Shown here: one piece after another, positions 1-13,667 of the stretch
How the letters are laid out: each line of letters opens with the position of its first letter
How positions within the stretch are numbered: position 1 is the first letter of the stretch
From: Octopus sinensis
Taxonomy: Eukaryota
Direction of reading: 5' to 3'
Length of the DNA stretch: 64,000 nt
Assembly: GCF_006345805.1 (NCBI RefSeq)
Contig: NC_043026.1
Location: forward strand, 2,666,001-2,730,000
Notes under the pieces: generated by a model
Told to the model about the DNA's origin: nothing
Database searches by the model: none
Seen by the model: the letters and a program-made list of their open reading frames with translations, nothing else
Translations under genes and position numbers: made by a program

Positions 1-370
1 TAAATATATATAATATGATGTATGTATGTATATATAAATATATATATATATAAAATATATGTATATATATATAGTATATAAATATATATATGTATATATA
101 TATGTATATATATATATATATATGTATATATAATATGTATATATATATATGTATATATAAATATGTATATATATATTATATATGTATATAAAATATATAT
201 ATTATATATATATATAAATATATGTATATATAAATATATATATTATATATATGTATATATAAATATATATATATAAAATATATATGTATTATATATATGT
301 ATATATATATGTGTATATACATATATGTATATATATTTATTATATTATATATATATATATATATAGTATG

Positions 371-417
<47 letters not shown>

Positions 418-419
418 AT

Positions 420-462
<43 letters not shown>

Positions 463-968
463 ATATAAATAATATATATATATATATTATATAATTATAT
501 ATATATATTATATATATATGTATAATATGTATATATAAATATATATATATATATATTATATATATATATATATATTATGTATTATATACATATATATATA
601 TATATATGTATATATATGTATATATAAATTATATATAATATATATATATATATATATGAATAGATATGTATATATAAATATATATATTATATATATATAT
701 ATATATTATGTATATATATGTATAATAATATATATATATAAAATATATGTATATATATATATGTATATAATATACATATATGTATATATAAAATATATAA
801 CATATATGTATATATAAATATATATATATATGTATATATAAATATATATATATATAGTATATATAAATATATATATATATAAATATATTGTATATATATA
901 TATACGGAGTAAACACATAAATGTGAAACAAGGTGGAAAAAAGAGTACTCGAATACCAGTGGTAGAGT

Positions 969-1125
969 ATATGCTTTATTTAAAGCAGCAGAAAATTCAA
1001 CAAAACCTGTTACTCTGAGTTTCCTGTTGCCGTTCATTGGACACTAGCAAAAAACTGTCGATGAAACGGCAACGTGAAACTCAGAGTAACAGGTTTTGTA
1101 GAATTTTCTGCTGCTTTAAATAAAG

Positions 1126-1130
<5 letters not shown>
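969..1130. repeat. Fold-back element with hammerhead-like right arm (1051-1097)
   Basis: Arms of about 65 bp, e.g. CTTTATTTAAAGCAGCAGAAAATTC versus GAATTTTCTGCTGCTTTAAATAAAG. Motif CTGT-CGATGA-A-ACG-GCAA-CGT-GAAAC-TCAGA-GTA-ACAG. Confidence 0.7.
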
Positions 1131-1161
<31 letters not shown>

Positions 1162-1670
1162 TGTATGTATATGCATCTTTATACATATGTATGTGTATTT
1201 TGAATGAGTGTATGTATGCATGTCTATACATATGTGTGTTCATCTATGTACATATATATGTGTATGTACGCTTGTGTACATATATATACATACATACACA
1301 CACATATATATCTATATATATATATGGATGTATATATATTTACATGTATAAATATGTGTGTATGTATATATATAATATATATAATATATATCATCATCAT
1401 CATCGTTTAACGTCCGTTCTCCATGCTAGCATGGGTTGGACGGTTCGACCGGGATCTGGAAGCCAGAAGGCTGCACCATATATCTATATATATATATATT
1501 ATAATATATATATATATATAATACATATCTATAATATACATACATACACACATATATATTTATTTATATATAGCATTATATATATTACATGTATAAATAT
1601 GTGTGGGTATATATATATATATATTTATGTATGTATGTATATGTGTATGTATGTATGTGTGTGTGTGTGT

Positions 1671-2032
1671 GAGAGGCGTTGGATGGAACCTACACTCGCC
1701 TCTTATGAGAGCTCAAAAATCTCTCGTGGAAGCGTCATCCAACCAAAAGCAAATATATGGGGAAACTACCACCTGTGTCATCTCTTGTGAAAGGTAGGAG
1801 AGTCCAGTTTGCTGGACATTGTTGTAGAGCTGAAAAAGAAGTAATCTCTACTCTTCTCCTCTGGAAGCCATCTACTCACAATACCAGAGGGCGCACACTC
1901 TCCTACCCTGATGTAATCTCCAGGGATACAGACATCCAGCAACAGGACCTCCGTAATGCCATGATGGACTATGAAGTCTGGTGTAGCATGGTAAATTCCA
2001 TTGTCTCGACCACGGTCGAACAATGATGATGA
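1671..2032 (+). mobile_element. 5'-truncated RTE-class LINE 3' end (family F)
   Basis: Encodes RRVQFAGHCCRAE...SIVSTTVEQ* ending in a (TGA)n tail; near-identical copies at 11749 and 39455. Confidence 0.75.
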
Positions 2033-2502
2033 GGTGTGTGTGTGTTCTGTTTTACATTTTAATCTAAAGTAAATTTTGACCGGCCACCATCTCGGAGACA
2101 AGTCATTAAATCTCAGGAAGACCTTGCAGATTATGATGCAGATTATTATGGTGGTGTGTTTATGTCCCTGTAACTTAGCGGTTCGGCAAAAGAGACCGAT
2201 AGAATAAGTATTAGGCTTACAAAGAATAAGTGTTGGGGTCGAGTTGCTCGATTAAAGGCGGTGCTCCAGCATGGCTGCAGTCAAATGACTGAAACAAGTA
2301 AAAAGAGTAAAAAAGAGAGTATTCACCTGATGGGAATGTTTTTAATTTTTCTCATCATGTAATGACTCTGTTCATTAAATCTTAGTAAAATCATAGAATT
2401 GGTTGCTTGGCAGATGCCTAAAAATGTATTTGTGACGTCATCACCATGCCGAACACTTGCCATTGTTGAAAAGAATCTATTTTTCATCACACAGCTTTTA
2501 TG

Positions 2503-2690
2503 TTTTGAGCCTACACTCTTCTACAGAAAGGGACACAGAAAAAACAAGGAGTTTCTGTTGAAGAGCGTAGGCTCGAAACGTAAAAGACTTGCTTTATTTC
2601 TATTCCTGAGCGCCATACTAATACAATTGTTTATTTGTACTCCACCTGCCTTCGTCTTTTGTTTATTTTCGTAAACTTTCCCTTTATATA
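2503..2690. mobile_element. Penelope pLTR-like fragment with short inversion and hammerhead-like motif
   Basis: GAAGAGCGTAGGCTCGAAACGTA at 2560-2582 with an antisense copy at about 2503-2530; related copies at 7665-7815 and 41241-41325 (minus). Confidence 0.55.
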
Positions 2691-3100
2691 TTCTTTTATT
2701 CTTTTACTTGTTTCAGTCATTTGACTGCGGCCATGCTGGAGCACCGCCTTTAATCAAGCAAATCGACCCCAGGACTTATTCTTTGTAAGCCCAGTACTTA
2801 TTCTATTGGTCTCTTTTGCTGAACCGCTAAGTAACTGGGACATAAACACACCAGCATCGGTTGTCAAGCAATGCTAGGGGGACAAACACAGACACACAAA
2901 CATATACACACACACTTATATATATATACATATATCCGACAGGCTTCTTTCAGTTTCCGTCTACCAAATCCACTCACAAGGCTTTGGTCAGCTCGAGGCT
3001 ATAGTAGAAGACACTTGCCCAAGGTGCCACGCAGTGGGACTGAACCCGGAACCATGTGGTTGGTAAACAAGCTACTTACCACACAGCCACTCCTGCGCCT
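2691..3100 (-). mobile_element. tRNA-derived SINE family A (full length)
   Basis: Pol III A box TGGCTGTGTGG, B box GGTTCAGTCCC, central (TA)/(TG) tract, tail GGCGGTGCTCCAGCATGGCCGCAGTCAAATGACTGAAAC and (GAGTAAAA)n. Confidence 0.85.
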
Positions 3101-3115
3101 ATATATATATATCAT

Positions 3116-3512
3116 CATCATCATCATCATCATCGTTTAGCGTCCTGTTTCCATGCTAGCATGGGTTGGACGGTTCTGCTGAGGTCTGTGAAGCCAGAAG
3201 GCTTCATCAGGCCCAGTCAAATCTGGCAGTGTTTCTACGGCTGGATGCCCTTCCTAACGCCAACCACTCCGTGAGTGTAGTGGGTGCTTTTTACGTGCCA
3301 CCTGCACAGGTGCCAGACAGAACTCGCAAACGGCCACAAACGGATGGTGCTTTTTATATGCCACCGGCACGGGGGCCAAGCGAGGCTGGCAACGGACACG
3401 AACGGATGGTGCTTTTTGCGTGCTACCAGCACAGATGCCAGTTGGGACGGCGCTGGTATCGGTCGCGAAACGGAAGGTTCTCTTACATGGCACCGGCACT
3501 GGTAACACATCT
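3116..3512 (-). mobile_element. RTE 3' UTR/tail fragment (family D) with ~63-bp internal repeats
   Basis: Same terminus as the RTE at 4775-5858 (CCCATGCTAGCATGGAAA..GGACG..AAACGATGATG). Confidence 0.75.
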
Positions 3513-3689
3513 GCAATTTCCAGATAGATAAAACAAAAAATGGGTTTAAAAAATGCTAGCAGATATCAGTTAAGCCCTCAGTACAAAAGAATGAGTTTAA
3601 ATTTCCAACAATCTCAGGTAAATCCTCAGGTATGGCAGGTAAATCCAACAACCGTTTCGTAGACACATACACACATACATTCACGATGC

Positions 3690-4260
3690 AAAAATGGTTC
3701 GATTTTATGCTGTGACAGCAATGAACAGCAGGTTCCAAAATGACATCCGGTTCGTGTGATAACCACTTGTCCAGCTTCTTTACTTTACCAGTTTGTTTGA
3801 GATCGTCTGATACAGTTGGAATCGAATCATCAAGCTTTGCTGCTAACTCTCGCAGAGTTTCAGATGTATCCGCTTCCACTACAGTTTCCATCTCATGATT
3901 ATCCACCTTGGTCTCAGTTCTACCGAAGTGGATTTTCAAGAGAGAAGTCACCAGACCGGAACTTCTCAAACCATTAACGTACAGTGTACTCATTCGCCAC
4001 ATCTTCACCAAACACCTCATTGATGTTTTGAGCTGTCTTGGATGCATTGGTTCTTTGACAGAACTCATATCCATAAACAACACAAACTTTTTTATCAATC
4101 TATGGGTTCACAAAAACCGATTTACAAGAGAAAACTCACAATAGAATTGGACACCACAGATTGCATTTTGAAAAGTGATGATGTAATTCTACAATATTGG
4201 AAAACAAAGAATTGTCAGGATAAAACATTAGAGTTAACAAATCGGACATTTTGTTCTTAA
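3690..4260 (-). mobile_element. Mariner transposase relic (N-terminal HTH region)
   Basis: ETVVEADTSETLRELAAKLDDSIPTVSDDLKQTGKVKKLDKW, typical of mariner; frameshifted. Confidence 0.75.
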
Positions 4261-4529
4261 TGACCTGATATATTTGTATATCTCGTCCGTTTTTCTGTCC
4301 TTGTTTCGTATACATTCGATCCTTTTTCCAAGAAATCTAATGCTCATAGCTTAGTTTTTCCTTGGGGCTGGCTGGATCGGAGCGATCTCAAGATTAATCA
4401 GCCAAAATTGCTAGGATGATCCGGTTCTTGACTGAAGATTAGAGGCTTCGAATGTTCCGTCCGTTTTTTGTATCGTCTTCTAAATGTTTTACGTTCTTGT
4501 CCCAGTTTGTATTTTTATATATATTTTTT

Positions 4530-4587
<58 letters not shown>

Positions 4588-4774
4588 TATAATTATATAT
4601 ATATGTACGTATACATATGTGTGTGTGTATTTATATATATATATATATTATATATATAGATAGATAGATAGATATAGAGAGAGAGAGAAAGTGAGAGAGA
4701 GGTACAGAAAACAAATTCCATCACACACCGGGGAGAAAAACTAGAAGTAGTTAGTAGCTTCCGTTACCTAGGTG

Positions 4775-5858
4775 ACCAAGTCTGTTGTGGAGTGGTTGCT
4801 CTGAGAGTAGCTGCTAGAAAAAGAATAGCTTGGGCAAAATTCAGGGAGCTCTTACCTCTGCTGGCAACTAAAGGCTTGTCACTCAGGATGAAAGGTAGAC
4901 TGTATGATGCATGTGTGTGGACTGCCATGCTACATGGCAGTGAAACATGGGCCGTGACTGCTGAGGACATGCGTAGGCTTGAAAGAAATGAAGCTAGTAT
5001 GCCCCAGTAGATGTGTAATGTCAGTGTGCATACTCGACAGAGTGTAAGTACCTTGAGAGAAAAGTAGGACATAAGAAGCATCAGATGTGGTAAGCAAGAG
5101 AGACGACTGTGCTGGTATGGTTATATGATGTGTATGGATGAGGACAGCTGTGTGAAGATATGTCACACCCTAACAGTGGAGGGAACCTGTGGAAAAGGTA
5201 GACCCAGGAAGACATGGGATGAGGTGGTGAAGTGCACGACCAAAGAACATTGGACCTCACAGAGATCAAGACTGAGAGCTTTGGAGATATGCTGAGACTG
5301 AGAAGACCTGGCAACGAAAGTGAGACCACAGCCATAGACGATGCCAGTGTTGCATGTCCGGCCCATTTAAGAGTACCCCTGATGCATCGGGAAATATGAT
5401 ATGCTTGAGAAGACTTGTTGGTCAAGTAAAGCCAAAATTGTAGCTGTGGCTAGTGTCCGTGGCTAGCTCCTGGTCCAGTGGTATGTAAAATGCATCATTC
5501 AAATGTGGTTGCTGTCAGAGTCCCCTGACTGGCTCCATGGTGAGTGGCATGTAAAAAGCATTATCCGAATGTGATCAATGCCAGGACTGCCTGACTGGCC
5601 CCCAGGCCAGTGGCTCATAAAAAGCACTATCCTAACGTGATTGATGGCAGGCCTGCCTGACTGGTTCCTGTGCCAGTGGCGCATAAAGAGCACCCACCAC
5701 ACTCTTGGAGTGGTGGGTGTTAGGGAGGGCATCCAGCTCTAGAGACCAAGCTAAAGCAGATTGGAGCATTGGGCAGGTGCTGGATCTCCAGACCTCAGTC
5801 AAACCGTCCAACCCATGCCAGCATGGAAAATGGACGTTAAACAATGATGATGATGATG
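4775..5858 (+). mobile_element. RTE-class LINE 3' portion (ORF C-terminus, 3' UTR, (GAT)n tail)
   Basis: RIAWAKFRELLPLL...KGRLYDACV...MLHGSETWAV...RLERNE, followed by an LCWYG and GKGRPRKTWDEVV segment; stop codons present. Confidence 0.85.
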
Positions 5859-5880
5859 ATGATATATATATAATATATAT

Positions 5881-6046
5881 AGGCGCAGGAGTGACTGTGT
5901 GGTAAGTAGCTTGCTAACCAACCACATGGTTCCGGGTTCAGTCCCACTGCGTGGCATCTTGGGCAAGTGTCTTCTGCTATAGCCCCGGGCCGACCAATGC
6001 CTTGTGAGTGGATTTGGTAGACGGAAACTGAAAGAAGCCTGTCGTA

Positions 6047-6077
<31 letters not shown>

Positions 6078-6302
6078 GCATATGTGTGTGTGTTTGTGTG
6101 TCTGTATTTGTCCCCCTAGCATTGCCTGACAACCGATGCTGGTGTGTTTATGTCCCCGTCACTTAGCGGTTCGGCAAAAGAGACCAATAGAATAAGTACT
6201 GGGCTTACAAAGAATAAGTTCCGGGGTCGATTTGCTCGACTAAAGGCGGTGCTCCAGCATGGCCGCAGTCAAATGACTGAAACAAGTAAAAGAGTAAAGA
6301 GT
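5881..6302 (+). mobile_element. SINE family A
   Basis: Full head, core and tail as at 2691. Confidence 0.85.
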
Positions 6303-6557
6303 AATATATATATATATTATATATATATATATATATATATGGCTGTGGGGTTAGGGAGCTTCCTTCCTAACTACATGGTTTCAGGTTCAGTCCCACTGCA
6401 TGGCACTTTGGGTTGGTGTCTTCCACTATGGCCCCGAGCTGGACCGGAGCTTTGTGATTGAATTCGGTAGGCGGGAGTTACTGCCGTGTGTGTATGTGTG
6501 TGTATAGCTGCTCAGTGCCTCTCCGAAAGAGAGAGAGGGATATACATATATATATAT

Positions 6558-6900
6558 ATCATCATCATCATCGTTTAATGTCCGTTCTCCATGCTAGCAT
6601 GGGTTGGACGGTTCGACCGGGGATCTGGCAAGCCGGAAGGCTGCACCAGGCTCCAGTCTGATCTGGCAGTGTTTCTACAGCTGGATGCCCTTCCTAACTG
6701 CAACCACTCCATGAGTGTAGTGGGTGCTTTTTACAGCCACGATCGGATTGGTGCATTTTACGTGCCACCGGCATGGAAGCCAGTCAAGGCAGTGCTGGTA
6801 TCGGCCACAATTCGGATAGTGCTTTTTTCGTGCTACCGGCACGGAAGCCAGTCTAGGCGGCACTGGCAACGTTCAATGATGCTTTTACGTGCCACCGTCG
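6558..6900 (-). mobile_element. RTE tail fragment (family D)
   Basis: CATCATCATCGTTTAATGTCCGTTCTCCATGCTAGCATGGG terminus plus repeats. Confidence 0.75.
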
Positions 6901-6924
6901 CAGGGATATATATATATATAGATG

Positions 6925-7024
<100 letters not shown>

Positions 7025-7429
7025 TACACAATATTATTAAAATTAATAATAATATCTACATATATTTATGTCAACACAACTTTATCAAGGTAATCGAAAT
7101 TGTTGAAATTCCAACTGAACACCTGAAAAAAACTTCAGCTGTTAAAAGATGCTAACAAAAAGAAACACCAAACCAAATATAACTTTAGACATTCCTTCAC
7201 TCAACCAAGATGTCATCTAAAATAAAGACAGGATTTTCTTTCTACATATTATTCTTTGTAAGCCTAATACTTATTCTATCGGTTTCTTTGGATTTCTTAA
7301 AATTCTACGAAATGGTTGTTTACCTGTCATACCTGAGGATTTACCTGAGATTGTTGGAAATTTAAACTCATTCTTTTGTTCTGAGGGCTTAACTGATATC
7401 TGCCAGCACTTTTTAATCCCATTTTTGTT

Positions 7430-7501
<72 letters not shown>

Positions 7502-7613
7502 TACAAAATTAGAAAATGGAGAAACATACTTAAATCAATCAAACATCAACCATCAGATAATACCCAATATATGTTATCCCATAGTGGGTTTAATTTTCAA
7601 CCCCTATCTCATT

Positions 7614-7665
<52 letters not shown>

Positions 7666-8075
7666 CTCCTTGTTTTTTCTGTGTCCCTTTCTGTAGAAGA
7701 GCGTAGGCTCGAAACATAAAAGACTTTTTCTATTCCTGAGCGTTATACTAATACATCTGTTTGTTTTGTACAACACCTGTCTTCGTCTTTTGTTTTTTCC
7801 GTAAACTCTCCCTATATATATATAAGTGAATAAATAAGTCAGCATTCTAATATCCGAAAGATGATGAACCAACTAAATTTGTATTATAAATTAATGGTAA
7901 AATATTTCTTTACCTTCACCCATTTAATACAATAAATAAGTTAATTGCATTGCAATTAAAAACATTTGTGTATTAAGAATTTGGGTATTATACCAACAGT
8001 ATATTGGATAAATATTATCCCTTAGTGGGTTGGATCCGTAACCCCTAACTTACTTGTATATATATATACACTTTG

Positions 8076-8305
8076 TTTTTGGAGAGACATCTAGGGGCAT
8101 TGCAAAAAGACTAAATGAACATTTGAGACAATATGACAACAAAAACAGTCCTCCATACTCTACCAGCATGCCAAGGACCAGCATGGAGGCAACCTGGGTC
8201 AACTTGACATCCACATTTTATTCAAGCACCCAAAGGACCCAACACTCAGACAAATACAGGAGTCCATCTTCTTAAATGAAACATCTCCAATACTAAATGG
8301 TAAAT
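8076..8305 (+). mobile_element. Penelope-like GIY-YIG endonuclease fragment
   Basis: GETSRGIAKRLNEH and, in another frame, LDIHILFKHPKDPTLRQIQESIFLNETSPILNGK (R..E..I...P.LN motif). Confidence 0.7.
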
Positions 8306-8469
8306 ATACGTAGTAGGTAATCATACCCCCATACCCACAGTTTATATTTATATAGAGGTAGAATAGTTAGTGGGTTGCTATGTAGATGTATGTGTGCGTG
8401 TGTCGGTGTGTGTGTGTGTGTGTGTGTGTGTATGTACACATATATGTATATATATATATATATATATAA

Positions 8470-8865
8470 TCTTTTACTCTTTTACTTGTTTCAGTCATTT
8501 GACTGCGGCCATGCTGGAGCACCGCCTTTAGTCGAGCAAATCGACCCCGGGACTTATTCTTTGTAAGCCCAGTACTTATTCTATCGGTCTCTTTTGCTGA
8601 ACTGCTAAGTGACGGGGACATAAACACACCAGCATCGGTTGTCAAGCAATGCTTGTGGGACAAACACAGATAAACACACACACATACATACATATATATA
8701 TATTTACATATATACGACGGGCTTTTTTCAGTTTCCGTCTACCAAATCCATGGTTGGCCCGAGGCTATAGTAGAAGACACTTGCCCAAGATGCTACGCAG
8801 TGGGACTGAACCCGGAACCATGTGGTTGGTAAGCAAGCTACTTACCACACAGCCACTCCTGCATC
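8470..8865 (-). mobile_element. SINE family A
   Basis: Head, core and tail match other copies. Confidence 0.85.
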
Positions 8866-9036
8866 TATATATATATATATATGTGTGTGTGTGTAGGGAA
8901 ATGGATATGAATGTAAACAGATAGACATGCAGACGGATAGGTACGTAGGTAATATGAGCAGACATGCACACATAAAAATACACAAACACATCAATATGCA
9001 GAATACATGCATACAAACGTACACACATACATATAT

Positions 9037-9439
9037 AGGCGCAAGAGTGGCTGTGTGGTAAGTAGCTTGCTAACCAACCACATGGTTCCAGGTTCAGTCC
9101 CACTGCGCGGCATCTTGGAAAAGTGTCTTCTGCTATAGCCTCGGGCCGACCAATGCCTTGTGAGTGGATTTAGGTAGACGGAAACTGAAAGAAGCCTGTC
9201 GTATATATGTATATATATGTATGTGTGTTTGTGTGTCTGTGTTTGTCCCCCTAGCATTGCTTGACAACCGATGCTGGTGTGTTTACGTCCCCGTCACTTA
9301 GCATTCGGCAAAAGAGGCCGATAGAATAAGTACTGGGCTTACAAAGAATAAGTCCCGGGGTCGATTTGCTCGACTAAAGGCAGTGCTCCAGCATGGCCGC
9401 AGTCAAATGACTGAAACAAGTAAAAGAGTGAAAAGAGTA
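9037..9439 (+). mobile_element. SINE family A
   Basis: Head, core and tail match; lies head-to-head with the 8470-8865 copy. Confidence 0.85.
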
Positions 9440-9621
9440 ATGAGTATATACATATGCACGTGTGCGCACACACACATATACAGGGTTACATACATATATA
9501 CATACATACATGTGTATGCGCACTCATTGACCCACACACGTGTGCAGAAACAAACAAAAAGAATGCAGCTTTATTAATGGAGAGAGTCAACAACTGTTGA
9601 AAAGGTTGCAAGGCACGCAAA

Positions 9622-10411
9622 GTTTACTCTTTTACTTGTTTCAGTAATTTGACTGCGGCCATGCTGGAGCACCGCCTTTTAGTCGAGTAAATCGACCCCG
9701 GGACTTATTCTTTTGTAAGCCCAGGACTTATTCTATCGGTTTCTTTTTGCCGAACCGCTAGGTGACGGGGACGTAAACACACCAGCATCGGTTGTCAAGC
9801 AATGCTAGGGGGACAAACACAGACACACAAACACACACATCATCATCATCATCGTCATTGTTTAACGTCCGTTTTCCATGCTAGCATGGGTTGGACGGTT
9901 CGACCGGGGTCTTGGACGCCAGGGGCTGCACCAGGCTCCAGTCTGATCTGGCAGAGTTTCTACATCTGGTTGCCCTTCCTAACGCCAACCACTCCGAGAG
10001 TGTAGTGGGTGCTTTTTACGTGCCACCTGCACAAGTGCCAGGAGTGTCTGGCATCGGCCACGATCGGTTGGTGCTTTTAAAGTGCCACCGGCACGCGCGT
10101 TCGGATGGTGCTTTTTATGTGCCACCGGCACAGAAGCCAATCGAGGTGGCACTGGCAACGGCCACGTTCGGATGGTGCTTTTTATGTGCCACCGGCACAG
10201 GTATCACAACTACTATTTCCATTGATAAATATATATATACATTTATACGACAGGCTTCTTTCAGTTTCCGTCTACCAAATCCACTCACAAGGCATTGGTC
10301 GGCCCGGGGCTATAGCAGAAGACACTTGCCCAATATGCCACGCAGTGGGACTGAACCCAGAACCATGTGGTTGGTTAGCAAGCTACTTACCACACAGCCA
10401 CTCCTGCGCCT
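9622..10411 (-). mobile_element. SINE family A with RTE tail (D, about 9838-10222) nested in its central microsatellite
   Basis: The 3' half (9622-9836) and 5' half (10225-10411) flank the D fragment. Confidence 0.8.
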
Positions 10412-10788
10412 GTTTAGGGAAAATAAATAAATAAAAGAGTGGAAACTTAACCAGTGTGTGTGTTAAATAATTAGGCACTAAAAAAGAATGACTCTACCCA
10501 AACACAACAATATATATATATAAATGCACATATTTGTGTGTATGTGTCAGGGCATTTAAGATTATTATTGTTGTTGTTGTTATTATTATTATTATTAGTA
10601 GTTGTAGTAGTAGCAGCAGCAGCAGCAGCTACAGTGCTTGTCATGAAAGTGACACTGGGATACAAAGCCCAGTATACCTGTCTGTAGCCCATCTTTTTAT
10701 ACCAACCCAAATCAATGTTACATGATAACACTTCCAATCAGTTAAGATCAGAAGCCATGAGAGCCACTGCCTGGTACTGCATCAGGGC

Positions 10789-10843
<55 letters not shown>

Positions 10844-10875
10844 TTATTATTATTATTTTATTATTATTATTATTA

Positions 10876-11435
10876 TTGAGTGATGGAGCAGTTCATGCCA
10901 TCAAAGTGACACTGGGGTACAAATATACGAAGCCCAGTATACCCATCATGACTACCCGTCTGATAAGGGTACACTAGGCACATGCATCACAACCATATGT
11001 GCTCGACATGGTGATCCCATATCAAGATAAACAACACATGACCTTGCAGGTAGATCCCAGTTAGAAGTTTCTTCGGGTTGAATAACCCATCCTGCTCAAA
11101 AGGTCCCTGAATAAGGGTTGTTTAAGGATGTTGAACAAAACACCCATGTTTCCAAAGGTGAATTCTTCAAACCCCAAAGAATCCCTCTCAACACATGGCT
11201 ATGATGCTCCCCCATTACTTCTGCTCATGATCAGAGATGCACATATCGTCAGCCACTAAGGGACATGCTCAACTGGTTAAGGTCAAACAACTGACAAGCA
11301 AATCTGTGGTATTGAGCAGAATATTTGCTGTAGCCCATCTTTTATACCAAGACAAAACAATGTATATGATAACACTTCCAATCATTTAAGATCAGAAGCC
11401 ATGAGAGCCACTGCCTGGTACTACATCAGGGCATT
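10876..11435 (-). mobile_element. ~560-bp non-autonomous element (family E) inserted in (TAA)n; an internally deleted copy lies at 10628-10791
   Basis: Flanked on both sides by TTA runs; near-identical copies at 15291-15849 and 61048-61542. Confidence 0.8.
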
Positions 11436-11748
11436 TATTATTATTATTGTTATTGTTATTATTATGAGAGCCACAGCCTGGTGCTGTTGCTATGCTCTGA
11501 GTTCCAGTTCTGCTGAGGTCAGCTTTGCTTTTTATTCTTTCGGGGTCATTAAATTAAGTCCCAGTGAAACATTGGGGTCAATGTATTCGACTCGACCCCC
11601 TCCCCCAAATTTCAGACCTTGCACATTTAGCAGAATGGATTATTATTATTATTATCATAAAAATTATTTGATGAAAACCCACAGCTTATTTTGCTGGGTA
11701 TGATGGAAAGTGTCAGCAGTCCACAGCCAGCAGACTAAGGTGACCCTT

Positions 11749-12111
11749 AGGCGGTTGGATGGAACCTATACTCGCCTCCTTATCAGAGCTCAAAATCTCT
11801 CGTGGAAGCGTCATCCAACCAAAATGCAAATATATGGGAAAATACCACCTGTGTCATCTCTTGTGAAAGGTAGGAGAGTCCAGTTTGCTGGACATTGTTG
11901 TAGAGCTGAAAAAGGAGGCAATTTCTACTCTTCTCCTCTGGAAGCCATCTACTCGCAATGCCAGAGGGCACACACTCTCCTACCCTGATGTAATCTCCAG
12001 GGATACAGGTATCCAGCAACAGGACCTCCGTAATGCCATGATGGACCGTGAAGTCTGGCGTAGCATGGTAAATTCCATTGTTTCGACCACGGTCGAACAA
12101 TGATGATGATG
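11749..12111 (+). mobile_element. RTE family F insertion with 12-bp TSD inside an R4/Dong-type 3' relic
   Basis: TSD AAGGTGACCCTT at 11737-11748 and 12112-12123. The host on the minus strand reads KSSLLGTARIL; an uninterrupted host-like copy lies at about 60770-60910. Confidence 0.8.
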
Positions 12112-12346
12112 AAGGTGACCCTTGTTTTACTGGTCAAGCTTCAAGAACCCTTTTTAAGAATTCTTGCAGTCCCAAGCAATGAAGATTTTTCTTTGTGTTC
12201 TTCTTTACATTTGTAGGAATCTTTTTGAGCAATGCTGGTAGTTAAAGGTTGATGCTTCCCAGGGAGCCAACTACCATTGCTGTCATGCCTACCCTCTTCA
12301 ATGCCCACACCATGCATGTGTTTCCCGCTCCAGATTGCCATAGCTC

Positions 12347-12752
12347 TTTCTCTTTTACTCTTTTACTTGTTTCAGTCATTTGACTGTGGCCATGCTGGTG
12401 CACCACCTTTAGTCGAGCAAATCAACCCCGGGACTTTTTCTTTGTAAGCCCAGTACTTATTCTATCGGTCTCTTTTGCTGAACCGCTAAGTGATGGGGAC
12501 GTAAACACACCAGCATCGGTTGTCAAGCAATGCTAGGGGGACAAACAGACACACACACACATATATATATATATATAAACACATATATACGACAGGCTTC
12601 TTTCAGTTTCCATCTACCAAATCCACTCACAAGGCATTGGTCAGCCCGGGGCTATAGTAGAAGACACTTGCCCAAGATCCACGCAATGGGACTGAACCCA
12701 GAACCATGTGGTTGGTTAGCAAGCTACTTACCACACAGCCACTCCTGCGCCT
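12347..12752 (-). mobile_element. SINE family A
   Basis: Matches the family. Confidence 0.85.
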
Positions 12753-13304
12753 ATAGCTGTTCATTTTCTCTTCTTTTTTCCTCTCGGATCCTCACCAGGA
12801 CATGCTCCGTCGATTACCAAGCATGTTTTTTTTTTGGTCTTTTTTGCTCACCAAAACAAGATCAAGCATCCAATGTCTGATCTGATGGTCACTCTGAATC
12901 ATTGCATCCCACAGGATTCTGCAGGCTTCATTTTCAGGAACTCCTGAGTTTTTAGCAGGGCCATGAAGTCAGAGTCAGTAAAACCATAAAGACTCTGACT
13001 CACAATATCTTTATTCTTTAAAATAAACCAGTTATAAGATACAGGCCGACTCAAAGTCCAAGTGTATGCATGTGCTTTATGAGATATGCAGACCACAATC
13101 ACTTTAATTACATAAAAAGGAATCAGAGTCAGAGATGCCAATAGTAGAGGAGTCAGAATCGAAGTTTTTTATTTTGACTTCACAGCCCTGATTTTTGTCA
13201 TACCACATTTTTTCTCCCTACTTTTTACACACACACACACACATATTCACATGCTCACACACTCACACACTCACATACACACTCATATATATATATATAT
13301 ATGA

Positions 13305-13617
13305 GGAGGTGCAATGGCCCAGTGGTTAGGGCAGCGGACTTGCGGTTGGAGGATCGCGGTTTCGATTCCCAGACCAAGCGTTGTGAGTGTTTATTGAGCG
13401 AAAACGCCTAAAAACTCCACGAGGCTCCGGCAGGGGGTGGTGGCGATCCCTGCTGTACTCTTTCGCCACAACTTTCTCTCACTCTTTCTTCTGTTGGCCT
13501 GCTCACTTAGCCAGCGGGGGTGGCATCATTTGAAGGCTAAAACAATGAGAAGCGCATTGTGACCAGCGATGTGTAGCAACATCTGATAGCCTGGTCGGTC
13601 ATGGTGATCACGGTGAT
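13305..13617 (+). mobile_element. tRNA-derived SINE family B
   Basis: A box TGGCCCAGTGG, B box GTTTCGATTCC, end CTGGTCGGTCATGGTGAT; copies at 25245 (minus), 34501, 40914 and 51281. Confidence 0.85.
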
Positions 13618-13667
13618 ATATATATATAGATATTTCCTATTTTGAATTTGTTTTCCTTTCATTTCAG

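Noticed and set aside
1-920. ORFs of Y/I/M/C/V repeats (also 33665-34584, 53536-54154 and many others)
   Set aside because: Translations of (TA)n/(TG)n microsatellites; no coding signature.
3284-3505. Direct repeats with intervening sequence resembling a CRISPR array
   Set aside because: Units are homologous along their whole length, lie in an RTE 3' UTR in a eukaryotic context, and there are no cas genes.
11205-11245. Family E words GATCA(C/T)GAG and GTA(G/A)TGGGGGAG (minus strand) resembling U1 snRNA segments
   Set aside because: The two words are adjacent here but about 100 nt apart in U1, with no Sm site or 5' ACTTACCTG; likely chance.
13305-13380. tRNA-like sequences with A/B boxes (heads of SINE A, B and C)
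   Set aside because: No complete cloverleaf; they continue into SINE bodies and are multi-copy.
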